From positions 1 through 64,000 of IMG/VR virus record IMGVR_UViG_3300009128_000003: a stretch of 64,000 nt of DNA. One strand, 5' to 3'. The position numbers and the translations under genes were made by a program. This stretch comes from a virus. Under the pieces are notes generated by a model. That model did not search any database, was not told where the DNA came from, and saw nothing but the letters and a program-made list of their open reading frames with translations. This document shows positions 9,160 through 18,814 of the stretch, in pieces. The stretch's first letter is position 1. Each line of letters opens with the position of its first letter.

Positions 9160-9518
9160 TATTGTTTCTCCTTTTCGATGAATGATTTGATATGCTTCAC
9201 TGTGTACCATGTTTTTTCGTTAGGGTGTTCAGGATCGTCTAAGATTCTAAGACGTGGTTTAGGGGAACCCGTGTTTATAAGCCCAATGGTAGGTACCCCA
9301 TTAATTCCTAATTTTTCTACAATTTTGGGGCTGTCGTCGATGTTAAAAGCAAAGAAATACAGATCTGTGTAAGTTTCTGCAATATCTTTGTAGTATCCGC
9401 TTAAGGCGTGGCAATAATCGCAACCATTAGAGTAGAATTTTATCACGCATGTGGCAGGATTGGTGGGTCCACCTAAAATCTGGTGAAGTGCCGCTTCTGA
9501 AATTCTTTCAACTGCCAT
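9159..9518 (-). CDS. Thioredoxin-like protein
   Basis: FYSNGCDYC (CxxC) and GINGVPT cis-Pro motif. Confidence 0.88.
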   Translation of the reverse strand: MAVERISEAALHQILGGPTNPATCVIKFYSNGCDYCHALSGYYKDIAETYTDLYFFAFNIDDSPKIVEKLGINGVPTIGLINTGSPKPRLRILDDPEHPNEKTWYTVKHIKSFIEKEKQ

Positions 9519-9548
9519 GGGGCACCTCTTCTGTTGGGTTTTTGGTCT

Positions 9549-9809
9549 TCATTCTGTCTCCTTAAAGTATTCTAGTGCCATCTTGCGTGCCATTTTCCAA
9601 CACGTTGGACAGTACAGCCTTACGGTGTCGGTGTCCTTCACGACGACGTTCCATGTTTTTGCCATTTTCTTGCTTTTCTTATCGAATGGTGCGAGGCAGG
9701 CAAGACACTCATCTGGCAAATTTTGAAATTGAGAAATTTTATCGGCGATATTTTCAGCCGCTTCCTTGTTCATCTTTTTTTCTAATGTGCGTCGATTTTT
9801 ACGATTCAT
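9549..9809 (-). CDS. Hypothetical zinc-ribbon protein
   Basis: CLAC and CPTC; ATGA overlap with upstream MTase. Confidence 0.7.
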   Translation of the reverse strand: MNRKNRRTLEKKMNKEAAENIADKISQFQNLPDECLACLAPFDKKSKKMAKTWNVVVKDTDTVRLYCPTCWKMARKMALEYFKETE

Positions 9810-10279
9810 CGATTGATTCCCTCCACTCTCCAAAGTTCTTCGTTGCCATCAAACACCACCACTGCGGATGGGAATGGTGCACTATTTGTGCTGTCGCCAA
9901 ACTTAAGGCGCCCTTTCACAAAATGAATCTCCGAAGCTTTCATGACATACTTGTGCCAATACTTTGTGTCGGTTCGGGCTGGAATGAGCATCACAACTCT
10001 GGTGTTCTCTTTCATGGCTTCATTATAACCCTTCTCGATCCATTTGTCAATACCTCTTCCGTACGGAGGGTTAACGAAGCAAGTAAAACCTTCCCAGTCT
10101 CTTTCCAGTCCGTTCTCAGCCTCTGTGAAGAAGTTGGCGCACTTTGTGTTGTGTGTGGTGGCACATGGATCCAAATTAAATGGTCCAAAGCGCCAGTTTA
10201 ATTTATCAAAAAAGTCTTGGGGTGTTGACCACATTCCTGTCTTCGAGCTGAACATTGTTTGTTGTGTCGCCTTATCCAT
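9806..10279 (-). CDS. Phage N6-adenine DNA methyltransferase (small phage Dam-type family)
   Basis: WSTPQ, LDPCA, FVNPPY, LIPARTDT, GRLKF, APFPS. Confidence 0.92.
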   Translation of the reverse strand: MDKATQQTMFSSKTGMWSTPQDFFDKLNWRFGPFNLDPCATTHNTKCANFFTEAENGLERDWEGFTCFVNPPYGRGIDKWIEKGYNEAMKENTRVVMLIPARTDTKYWHKYVMKASEIHFVKGRLKFGDSTNSAPFPSAVVVFDGNEELWRVEGINR

Positions 10280-10733
10280 CAGTGCTCCCCAAGGCGCCGG
10301 CGCCTCTGTCGCTAATGGTGATGGGGTAGCTGTAGATACGAGACTCCTCCACTTCCAGCGGGCGGAAATGTACCACCGGCGTCATAACGATCTGCGCGAT
10401 CTTCATGCCGGCGTAGATGAATTGTGGTTCGGCGCCAACATTGTGTAAATTTACAAACACCTCGCCTTCGTAGCCTGAGTCTATAACACAAGCACCAACC
10501 AGCAGGCTCTTCTTCGCAGCGTTTCCAGAACGGTTCTTCACCTCCAGCATATATCCATGCGGCACACCAAACTTTAAGCCGGTGGAAAACACTTTAGACT
10601 CCGCAGGCTTGAGCCACTGTCCGGCGGCATCCCCCTCTTCGGGACTATAGAAAACGTCAAGCCCTGCGTCTGAGGGGTTGGCGCGCTCAGGTGTGCGAGA
10701 ATTGTGGCGCACTTTTGAATATTCAAGAATCAT
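10272..10733 (-). CDS. dut: Trimeric dUTPase
   Basis: DAGLD, NRSG, VIDSGYEGE, IAQ, RGAGALGST. Confidence 0.96.
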   Translation of the reverse strand: MILEYSKVRHNSRTPERANPSDAGLDVFYSPEEGDAAGQWLKPAESKVFSTGLKFGVPHGYMLEVKNRSGNAAKKSLLVGACVIDSGYEGEVFVNLHNVGAEPQFIYAGMKIAQIVMTPVVHFRPLEVEESRIYSYPITISDRGAGALGSTDG

Positions 10734-10977
10734 CCGTGTCTCCTGCTAACATATTAAAATTTTCCACCACTTCGTCAATGTTTACCTTACCTTTGTACAG
10801 GCGGTACGCCTTGACTGCTGCTCGGATTTCGTCGGTATTGAGCCATCCGTTCTCACGAAACTCGCTGCGCAAGTCTCGCTTTTGGTCCTTGTAAGGCTCC
10901 ATTGCCTCTTCGATTGCGTTTAGTGAACGAATGTATTCCTTTACATATCGTTTACGTTCTTCATTTGTTGTGGCCAT
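10723..10977 (-). CDS. Small helical dsDNA-binding protein, GapR/T4 DsbA-like
   Basis: YIRSLNAIEE...KRDLRSE...G...IRAAVK pattern; AAGGAGG SD. Confidence 0.55.
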   Translation of the reverse strand: MATTNEERKRYVKEYIRSLNAIEEAMEPYKDQKRDLRSEFRENGWLNTDEIRAAVKAYRLYKGKVNIDEVVENFNMLAGDTDDS

Positions 10978-11003
10978 TAAGCCCTCCTTTTTAATTCTTT
11001 ATT

Positions 11004-11032
11004 AATATAACATCTATCTTAAGTGCTGTCAA
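11004..11032 (-). promoter_or_regulatory. sigma70-type promoter (extended -10)
   Basis: TTGACA-17 nt-TATATT with TG upstream of -10. Confidence 0.8.
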
Positions 11033-11748
11033 CTATTTTCTGATAGCTGGAGCCCAAATAATTGATGTAGGAATTGTTTTATTAGCGTGTCGCGCTCAGC
11101 GTCCGTCTCTGCATCGGCAAACTTATAGTTATAGGTGCTCTTTTGATTGCGCACAAGCTGCTCAAGTCTGCCAACCTCACGTTTCATCCAGCGATTCTGT
11201 TGCTTATAGTTTCGGGGAGTTGTGATGTTAAGCTCGTCGGCAATATCCAATAAAACAAAATACTTTTTTTGTTCCATGGCGCGGTTGGCTTCTTGGAATC
11301 TACTTATCATATCTTTGCGCATTTCAGTGGACAAATTGGGGTCTACTCGGTCTGGGTGAAGTGTGAGGGCAATCTTTTTGAAGAGTTTAGAAAATGCTTC
11401 GTGCATTTCTTTCTCGTCTTGTGTCATTTGGTAAGATTCAGGCGCCGGTGGGGGCGGGGAGGAAGATTCATGAACAATTATGCTCGTCTCGCTAAGGTTG
11501 TCTATGTCGGGTTCATTCTCGTCACTGCTATTGGTGTCTGGCTTTCCGTATAGTTCTTGCACCCGCTCCCGATGTTGGTTGTTGAGTTCGTTAAGATCTA
11601 TATTGTTGGTGGCACAGAAGCTTTCATAATACTTCTGAAAATCTGGCGCAGCTTCTCGCACAATTTCTTTTACAGTGTCCAGTTCGACGCTGTAAAACCT
11701 TAACTGGTTGAGAATTCTCTTCCATTTTAATTTGCTGCTAGCTGCCAT
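11029..11748 (-). CDS. J-domain (DnaJ-like) protein
   Basis: LFKKIALTLHPDR...RFQEANRAM central J domain. Confidence 0.85.
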   Translation of the reverse strand: MAASSKLKWKRILNQLRFYSVELDTVKEIVREAAPDFQKYYESFCATNNIDLNELNNQHRERVQELYGKPDTNSSDENEPDIDNLSETSIIVHESSSPPPPAPESYQMTQDEKEMHEAFSKLFKKIALTLHPDRVDPNLSTEMRKDMISRFQEANRAMEQKKYFVLLDIADELNITTPRNYKQQNRWMKREVGRLEQLVRNQKSTYNYKFADAETDAERDTLIKQFLHQLFGLQLSENS

Positions 11749-11761
11749 ACCTTAAGTAGTT

Positions 11762-12367
11762 TTACTTAAAGTCGAACTTGACCCGGGTTTCAATTTTTAA
11801 CTGAGGTACATGCAAATGATTAGCAAGATTGTGTTTTTTAGCCTCGTCGCTTTCCAAAAACCAATCTGCGTGCCCTTTCTCGTGCACGATGTCAAGGAAG
11901 TAATCCTTGTGATGTCCACAATTCTCCGCCATCATTGTATAAATCTTCTGATTAAGGCGGTCGGTTTCGTCGGCGCTTACTTTAACCTCTTCTACTTTGC
12001 CCCAACTCATTGAGCTAACATCGTGAATCATAACTGTGGCGTCTGGATCCATATAGCGCTTACCTTCGGCTCCAAAGCTAAACAAAATAGCGCCGCACGA
12101 CATTGCTTTTCCTTGCACGATGGTGGCAATCGGAATGCGGCTGTGTTTGATGTCCGAAATCATGGACATGAGGCTATAAACTTGCCCTCCATAACTGTCG
12201 ATAATAATTGGCAGCACCGGCTGTCCTGTGTTCTGTGCTTTTCCTACAAGTTTCGAGAATTCCTTCGCTGCGGTGCCATCAAACTTTTGTACTCTAATGA
12301 CCACTGGTAAGTCATCGATGAGCTTTGCTTCCTTCAATAATGGGCTAAAAGTTTTAAGTACGTTCAT
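11762..12367 (-). CDS. clpP: ClpP-family protease subunit 2
   Basis: IDSYGG, GKAMSCG (Ser), VMIHD (His), ADWFL (Asp). Confidence 0.9.
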   Translation of the reverse strand: MNVLKTFSPLLKEAKLIDDLPVVIRVQKFDGTAAKEFSKLVGKAQNTGQPVLPIIIDSYGGQVYSLMSMISDIKHSRIPIATIVQGKAMSCGAILFSFGAEGKRYMDPDATVMIHDVSSMSWGKVEEVKVSADETDRLNQKIYTMMAENCGHHKDYFLDIVHEKGHADWFLESDEAKKHNLANHLHVPQLKIETRVKFDFK

Positions 12368-12369
12368 GG

Positions 12370-15300
12370 TTATCCTAGTAATCTAAATGTTCTGCCAACC
12401 GCATATGTTGAGAATCCCCAGTTTTCATCATAGTTCAATCTCGCCATGTACGGTCGGTTGAGATGCACGCGATCTTTCTCGGGTTTGATACCCCAGCACC
12501 TTATTCTAGTTAGTTCGTTGTTGGAATCAATGACCTCTACAATCCAATAGTCTTTACCTTTCTTGGTTTTTCTCGGCACAATCTTGCGCGGGATAAACCA
12601 GCAAACCTGTAGTTCTTGATCGAACTCAGAGATGGGTGGAATAAATTTGTCTTGTAGTTTCTGGACCGTCTCGGCATTAATCACCAAGTTGATGGGGAAG
12701 ACTCCAGTAAGATCCGACTTGAACTGGATGATTTCTTCTTCGCTAAAGTCGCCTTCGGGTCGGTACAGTTCTATATTCTCAGCTAACTTCTTCAAGTTCT
12801 TGGGGCGATCCACAATGCATGCAGACCAGAAATGCTTTCGACCAGTGAAGCGATCATCGACAATATTATCCAGTGCTCCGCCGCGACATAAAGCATCCAG
12901 AGACTTCTTGTTCAATTTTGAATACGTAATATTCTCGTTAAAGAGGAGATCCTCTGCATTGTTTAACGGACGGTTGGCGAGAATCTGATCGATTGCTGCT
13001 TTCCCTAATCCCTTAATAGACGTGAGTGGCTGAATCAGTGTCTTGCCATCCTCACTAATCTCCCACACTGTGCCTGACTTATTAATATCCAGTGGGGCAA
13101 TGTCGAATCCATATCGCTTGGCGATGTTGATTGCCTTTTCCTTTCTGCTCTCGGGCTCTTTGTCGAGGAATGCTGCCATCCATTCTGCGGGGTAATAGTT
13201 CCACAACCACGCGCACTGATATGAGATAATCGAATAGCTCACCGCGTGTGACTTGTTGAAGCCGTAGCCGGAGAAGTATTCAAACTTGTCCCAAAGTGCT
13301 TGGGCAGCATCGCGGTCAATGTTTTTCGCCACACACCCCTTAATAAACTTATCGTGAAGCCTGCCCTTGACGGAACCCTTTCCGGTTCCTTTCTTGGTCA
13401 AGACCTTGCGAAGCATGTTGCCTTCGTCAAGAGTGAGCCCACCCAGCTTGTGAGCCAGCAAAGCAATTTGTTCTTGGAAGATGAGGAAGCCATAAGTTTC
13501 TTCAGTGATCTCTCGTGAATCAGGAGTAAGATAGCTGATGCGCTGGGGATGCCCCTTGGCTTCTACATAATCTGTGTCTACCCCTGCCGACAATGGACCG
13601 GGACGAAAGATAGAAGTGATAGCTGATACGTCAATGATGTTGTTCGGCTTCGCTCTCACACAAAATTGTTGTGCTCCATGCTCTGTGAACTGGAAGACAC
13701 CTGCCCATTTTCCTGTGTGAAAGATGTTCTCGTAGACAGTGGAGTCGTTCATATCCAGAATGTCTGGGTGCAGTATGCGTTCATAATAATCTCGCACCTG
13801 TGCAAACGTCGGCTCTTCAACGCCGTGATGACGCTGGAGGATGTGCTCGATGCAACCTTCCATCATCTTAAGGGTGGAAAGTCCAAGCAGATCGAACTTA
13901 ATGAAGCCCATGGGCTCAAGATGGCGAACGTTCTGTCCCTCCGCCCATGGTGCCTGACGCACACCGCCAGAATTAATCAACGGCATATTGGAATCAAGGT
14001 TCTCTGCGATGACAACGCCGCCAGCGTGACGCGAGCATGATCTAACTTGTCCGACAAGTCCCTCAACGTGCGTCTTAACCTCCGGGTGTTTGTTTAGATA
14101 TGCTTGGAGAGAAGGGGAAAACTCCATGACCTCTTCCCATGTTGGCGCGTAAACACCTGCCTTTACACCATGCTTACGCTTAGCCTCCGGCGTCGCTTCC
14201 CGGATCATAATAGAGGTAACGGTGTTGACCTCAGTGAAAGGGATATTATATAGCTTTGAGATATCCTTAATTAAACTTTTGAGCTGCAGCGTGTTCCAGT
14301 TAGAGATGGGCGCAACACAATCCTCTCCCCACATCTCAACTAACTTTTCTTTCAGTGCCATGCTGTCGGATACATCGTAGTCAATATCTGGGTAGTCCTT
14401 AGCATCAGAGCGTAAGAAGCGAGAGAACAGCAAGTCATGCTTAATGGGATCCACTTGAGTAATACCAAGCGCATAGGCGACAAGTGAGCCGGCGGCTGAT
14501 CCTCGACCGGGACCGGTCAGCATCATGTCTGTTGCTACATCCACGATAGACTTCATGGTTAAGAAATATTTGGAGAACCCTCGCTCGTCAATAACATTAA
14601 GCTCTTGTCTCAAACGCTCAGTGTACTCTGAGTTTTTATGAAATCCCCTGTCCTTTAGACCTTCAAGTGCATAATTAACAAGCGCTTGAGTTGCGGTATA
14701 GCCAGCCGGTACAACGAATTCGGGGAGGCGGACTGTATTGTCAGGCAAGAAAGACTCGATGCGTTCAAACGCAATGCGATGTGTCTCCTCAATACTTTTC
14801 AAGACTACTGCATCATCGTATTCAAACCCACCGCTTTCTGAATACTGCTTGTAGCTTTCCCAGATTTGATCACCGTTCTTCGGATACAGTTCATATCCGA
14901 TTTCTTCAACCCCAGCGGGAAGTTGTGATTCTTCCTCTGCCCATGATGGTCTACCCTTTCCAAGCCACCCCAATCGCTTGTATAGTTCGCGGTCCTTCCA
15001 AGCATCGGGATTCGGGTAGTGGCTGTCGGCTGTTGTGATCAAACTAACGCCCATTTCTTGTGCCGTCTGGATAACAAATTGGTTCAGCTTATGCTGGTCT
15101 TCAATGTTGTTCCATTGTATTTCTGCATACCAACGGTCACCAAATATTTCTACCATGCGTTCGGTGGTATCACGCATGGCACTTAAAACTGCTTCATCGC
15201 TTTCTTCGCGGTTCTCCCAATAATCACCCGCGTACACACCTCCAAGGCATGCGCTAGCGGCGATAATACCCTCGTTGTACTTCTCCAAAAGTCTATAGTC

Positions 15301-15801
15301 TATACGGGGGTACCTATAAAAATTCTCTGACTGGTAGCTCTCTGAGACCAGCTTAAACAGGTTGTTGAGACCTGTCTGATTTTGTGCCAACAGGACGAGG
15401 TGACGTCGGCGCCGAAGGATATCTTGTGTCTTCTTGCTGGCGCCCTCATCCTCAACAGTTGCGCCTGAAGCTTTAGCTGCTTTGGCGGATCTGGCGCGCT
15501 TCTTATCTTCCATCGCTCTGGTGTATTCTTCTTGCCACTCCTCAACGGACGGGATAAAGTATGCTTCACACCCAAAGATTGGTTTAAACTCTTTGCCGCC
15601 CTCCTGCATTTTCTTTGCGTGCAGTACTTGGTATGCTAAGCCGTTCATGTTTCCATGATCAGTGAGCGCTAGTGCATCTCCGCCATTTTCATAACAAAAA
15701 TCCATGTGTGCCTGTGGATATCCAATGGCATCGAAAATGGACCCCGCTACGCTGTGCGCGTGCAGCCCAACAAATTTAATCTTAGAATCAGTACGACTCA
15801 T
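12370..15801 (-). CDS. dnaE: DNA polymerase III alpha subunit (family C)
   Basis: PHP motifs HAHS/LTDHG/ADSHY, GRGSAAGSLV, PDIDYD, KFDLLGL, YGFNKSHA. Confidence 0.97.
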   Translation of the reverse strand: MSRTDSKIKFVGLHAHSVAGSIFDAIGYPQAHMDFCYENGGDALALTDHGNMNGLAYQVLHAKKMQEGGKEFKPIFGCEAYFIPSVEEWQEEYTRAMEDKKRARSAKAAKASGATVEDEGASKKTQDILRRRRHLVLLAQNQTGLNNLFKLVSESYQSENFYRYPRIDYRLLEKYNEGIIAASACLGGVYAGDYWENREESDEAVLSAMRDTTERMVEIFGDRWYAEIQWNNIEDQHKLNQFVIQTAQEMGVSLITTADSHYPNPDAWKDRELYKRLGWLGKGRPSWAEEESQLPAGVEEIGYELYPKNGDQIWESYKQYSESGGFEYDDAVVLKSIEETHRIAFERIESFLPDNTVRLPEFVVPAGYTATQALVNYALEGLKDRGFHKNSEYTERLRQELNVIDERGFSKYFLTMKSIVDVATDMMLTGPGRGSAAGSLVAYALGITQVDPIKHDLLFSRFLRSDAKDYPDIDYDVSDSMALKEKLVEMWGEDCVAPISNWNTLQLKSLIKDISKLYNIPFTEVNTVTSIMIREATPEAKRKHGVKAGVYAPTWEEVMEFSPSLQAYLNKHPEVKTHVEGLVGQVRSCSRHAGGVVIAENLDSNMPLINSGGVRQAPWAEGQNVRHLEPMGFIKFDLLGLSTLKMMEGCIEHILQRHHGVEEPTFAQVRDYYERILHPDILDMNDSTVYENIFHTGKWAGVFQFTEHGAQQFCVRAKPNNIIDVSAITSIFRPGPLSAGVDTDYVEAKGHPQRISYLTPDSREITEETYGFLIFQEQIALLAHKLGGLTLDEGNMLRKVLTKKGTGKGSVKGRLHDKFIKGCVAKNIDRDAAQALWDKFEYFSGYGFNKSHAVSYSIISYQCAWLWNYYPAEWMAAFLDKEPESRKEKAINIAKRYGFDIAPLDINKSGTVWEISEDGKTLIQPLTSIKGLGKAAIDQILANRPLNNAEDLLFNENITYSKLNKKSLDALCRGGALDNIVDDRFTGRKHFWSACIVDRPKNLKKLAENIELYRPEGDFSEEEIIQFKSDLTGVFPINLVINAETVQKLQDKFIPPISEFDQELQVCWFIPRKIVPRKTKKGKDYWIVEVIDSNNELTRIRCWGIKPEKDRVHLNRPYMARLNYDENWGFSTYAVGRTFRLLG

Positions 15802-15810
15802 AATCCCTCC

Positions 15811-16686
15811 TTAAGTCTTATATGGTATAATAGCATGTTTATGAGGCTTCGTCAAGAACTCTGATGGTTTTTTTATTATTTTATCTGACGCAAGATAACT
15901 TCTATAGCCTTCCCATGTCGAGAGATCAAAGAACCACTCCGGTTCATATATATGCGCGTCTGCAGTATTCAGCTTATTAAACACCACGGATAGATCGAAA
16001 TTCTTTGCTGACCAGCGCTCCTCCAGCGGCAAGCGCTTGCTGGGGTATTGCTCTCCCTCTTCGGTATTATAAAACTCCTTGGTAGTCTCTTTGTTAACGT
16101 GGCGCCGGCAATGGATATAGTCTTGCCCCAGCATTGTAAAACAAAGAGGCACGTCATCTACAACAGTGTGCCCGTCGTGCTTCATTAAAAAGTTGTTCGA
16201 GGGATCGGATATCTCGCGACGGTGTTGGCGTAGATCATAAACATTATAAGCAGACATAGGGAAAGCGATAAAGTACTTCTCGGGCACGACCCATTTAGAT
16301 ATATGGTTGGCGGTGCGCCATGCTGCATAGATGCCGGCAAGGATCGACCAGCCATATGAATCGCGGCGCCCAATATCTTTAGGGTGAATGGGAACATAAT
16401 AAATAGGTATCTCGCGCCTGTTCTCAGAGTTTTCTCCGTATTGTCTGCGGTTTAAGTAGACAGGATCATACACCCACTCGCCTATTCTTTTACGCACCAT
16501 CGGAGCTAAGTCTGAGTTAGCAACAATCCAAATAGTTTGGCACCCGGCTATCGAACATTCGAAGACGGCTTTCTGAATCGCAGTAAACCCTGCCTCCACT
16601 GGCATCAGTATCTCTGGTGTGTCGATGTCGAAATCGGTCGTTAAGCCAGCCACCGGAATGATGCCGGCTAAATGTATATGCTTCAC
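15811..16686 (-). CDS. Divergent NTP-transferase (GT-A fold)-like protein
   Basis: GIIPVAG...PEILMPV...AGCQTIWIV N-terminus and W.D..TWE C-terminus; GxGTR and PK motifs not conserved. Confidence 0.6.
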   Translation of the reverse strand: MKHIHLAGIIPVAGLTTDFDIDTPEILMPVEAGFTAIQKAVFECSIAGCQTIWIVANSDLAPMVRKRIGEWVYDPVYLNRRQYGENSENRREIPIYYVPIHPKDIGRRDSYGWSILAGIYAAWRTANHISKWVVPEKYFIAFPMSAYNVYDLRQHRREISDPSNNFLMKHDGHTVVDDVPLCFTMLGQDYIHCRRHVNKETTKEFYNTEEGEQYPSKRLPLEERWSAKNFDLSVVFNKLNTADAHIYEPEWFFDLSTWEGYRSYLASDKIIKKPSEFLTKPHKHAIIPYKT

Positions 16687-17576
16687 AAATGCCTCAAAAG
16701 TCTATCGTATCCCAAACAACCCTGCGGTAGAGCTTCAAGCAAATCTTCTTCGCTATCTTGCGGTATTTCAATATTGCTGGCTTGTGGTTGGGGGGTAATG
16801 CGCTGCTCATGCTTTTGGCGAGCAGTGCTAGATGTTCTAAATTTGTAATGCTTTGGTTTTCCGTTCGGTCCGTATCCATTAAATTTTCCTTTCATGCCTA
16901 AACTTTCCATTTGATGAACAAGTTTGAATCGAGCCATGGTTTCTGAGTAGTTAAAATCTCTAAGTTGCTCTTCTGTGAGCGTTGAAACAACACACGCGTC
17001 TTTAACGGCAGTTGCCCCATCAATTCTATCCGAAGGATAAAACCATACCTGTCTTACTAAGTCGTCATCAAATTCAATATAGTCGATGTGGTGTTTGCCT
17101 CCCCGATTGAAGGCTATCCAATCATAACATATATATTGCGGAGGGTCAAGTGCTTTCTCTTTTGCTAACCCAACCGACTGATCGTCGCCAAAGTAATAGC
17201 ATCTTTCAAAATTAACTTCTGCTATTTTTGAATACTCGTTTGAGCACACCAGCGAGTCCGGAGTCCAGCGCAAGGTGTGACACAAGTTAGACAGAGGCAG
17301 TTGCCCCTCCAGTCCCAATAAGAAAAGAAGTCTCTCCCACAACAACTCTTTCGGGATCCCAACTTCCTTTTCTCCCTCAAACGTCGTTAAACTTTTTGGG
17401 GACATGGAAATTTTTAGTCCCGATAAGTCTGCATCAATTGGCAAATAGTCGAACCGAAAAGGTCTGCGCTCTTGGGCAAAAAAAACTGGGTATTTGTTAA
17501 CGAATGCAAACAATAAGGCGCTTAATGAGCTACCCACCACGATGTGTTCGTGTTCATACTTCATCTTCGCAGACAT
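16683..17576 (-). CDS. Divergent Rossmann/FAD oxidoreductase-like protein
   Basis: N-terminal IVVGSSLSALLFA resembles degenerate GxGxxG. Confidence 0.45.
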   Translation of the reverse strand: MSAKMKYEHEHIVVGSSLSALLFAFVNKYPVFFAQERRPFRFDYLPIDADLSGLKISMSPKSLTTFEGEKEVGIPKELLWERLLFLLGLEGQLPLSNLCHTLRWTPDSLVCSNEYSKIAEVNFERCYYFGDDQSVGLAKEKALDPPQYICYDWIAFNRGGKHHIDYIEFDDDLVRQVWFYPSDRIDGATAVKDACVVSTLTEEQLRDFNYSETMARFKLVHQMESLGMKGKFNGYGPNGKPKHYKFRTSSTARQKHEQRITPQPQASNIEIPQDSEEDLLEALPQGCLGYDRLLRHL

Positions 17577-18510
17577 CGCTGCTTCCTACGTATCCGGTGT
17601 TTTCCTCTTGGACTGTTTCTTCCAGCAATGTGCGCAAATCAAGTCCGGCGCAATCAATCTTTCCTTTAGAAATGTGATAATGACTCACGAATCCAGAGAA
17701 GTTTCCGTATTTAACATCTTGTTCATATTTTGTAGAGGTGTTTCCAAACTGACCGAGGGGTGCCTCGTATGGAATTTCGGTTGCAACATGAATCGCTTTC
17801 CAGAGCGCTTTGAGTGCTCGGATTTGAACTGGATAAAAACCCAAGAAGGGCTCTAACTTGCGCGTGTGAACCCATGCCTCTTCCACTATCGGGCGCTCAC
17901 CGAAGTCATTCTTCTTGTACCACTCTTGGTATTTGGGGTAGTAGGCGTTAGAAATTTCAACGCCGACAGATGCACGGTTTGCTCTTTCACTTCCTGCGTG
18001 CCAGCACCCGTGTTGCATATCTGTGGTCTGATAGATGGTGCCGTCGTTGTCAATTAGAAAGTGCACGGAGATACCTCGGCGATCTAATACATTTTGACAA
18101 GACTTGGAACTTAAACAGACATCCCAGTGGTTTACAAAATAGCGAATGTTTCGTTTGGGGCGCCCTGTATAGTCATAGTACGATCCCTTTCGCGAGGGTA
18201 GACCACCGCGTTCGGACCATAAGACCATTTTGTCCCAACCAATGGGGTGGAACTCTCCATTATACACAATGTAGTTGGAGTACTGAGGATCTTCTGGCTT
18301 GTGTGCATCGATGTCGGCTTGGCGTTCCGTCCAAAGGCGCCGATAGGTCATCGGTCCACATAGACCATCCCCTGATAAGCCTCTTTCTTTCTGCCATTTC
18401 TTAATGGCGCGGACGAGCTTATCGTCGAAATACTTTTCGCCAAACCATGCTGGTTCCCAGCCCAAGTTAGCTGCAGACGATTCATTATAAAAATTCTTGT
18501 CGATAGGCAT
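17554..18510 (-). CDS. Endolysin: PG-binding domain plus N-acetylmuramoyl-L-alanine amidase (Amidase_2)
   Basis: AIKKWQ..GL..DG.CGP.T; VNHWD, SVHFLID.DG.IYQ, WHAG, SVGVE, SH...K.DC. Confidence 0.92.
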   Translation of the reverse strand: MPIDKNFYNESSAANLGWEPAWFGEKYFDDKLVRAIKKWQKERGLSGDGLCGPMTYRRLWTERQADIDAHKPEDPQYSNYIVYNGEFHPIGWDKMVLWSERGGLPSRKGSYYDYTGRPKRNIRYFVNHWDVCLSSKSCQNVLDRRGISVHFLIDNDGTIYQTTDMQHGCWHAGSERANRASVGVEISNAYYPKYQEWYKKNDFGERPIVEEAWVHTRKLEPFLGFYPVQIRALKALWKAIHVATEIPYEAPLGQFGNTSTKYEQDVKYGNFSGFVSHYHISKGKIDCAGLDLRTLLEETVQEENTGYVGSSDVCEDEV

Positions 18511-18535
18511 CTCGCAATGCTCCCCCTTTGTGTCC

Positions 18536-18814
18536 TTATTTAATTAGTCCTAAAACATAATTATCTAACACAAGGGAGGTGTCCTCGCCGTTGATCACAA
18601 GCTGTTCTACCATAGACTTATCCACAAGGACCTGAACACCCTGTGATAGCTGTTCTGCAAAGCGAACTTCTGTCGACCACGCCACAACGGAGGCTACGAC
18701 ATGTCGATCTTCTGTCGGTTTAAAATCTTGTGGAAGCAGGACGCCTCCTGCTGTTTCGTGGGGACTTGGTTGTCCCAAATCAATCTGAATGTATCTATTG
18801 AGTGGCTCAAACAT
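18536..18814 (-). CDS. groES: Co-chaperonin GroES-like
   Basis: MFEPLNRYIQI...ETAGGVLLP...VLG; start revised to 18814. Confidence 0.8.
   Translation of the reverse strand: MFEPLNRYIQIDLGQPSPHETAGGVLLPQDFKPTEDRHVVASVVAWSTEVRFAEQLSQGVQVLVDKSMVEQLVINGEDTSLVLDNYVLGLIK
18540..18548 (-). promoter_or_regulatory. Putative late promoter motif ACTAATTAA (endolysin)
   Basis: Motif copy in the last codons of groES, about 30 nt before endolysin ATG. Confidence 0.6.
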
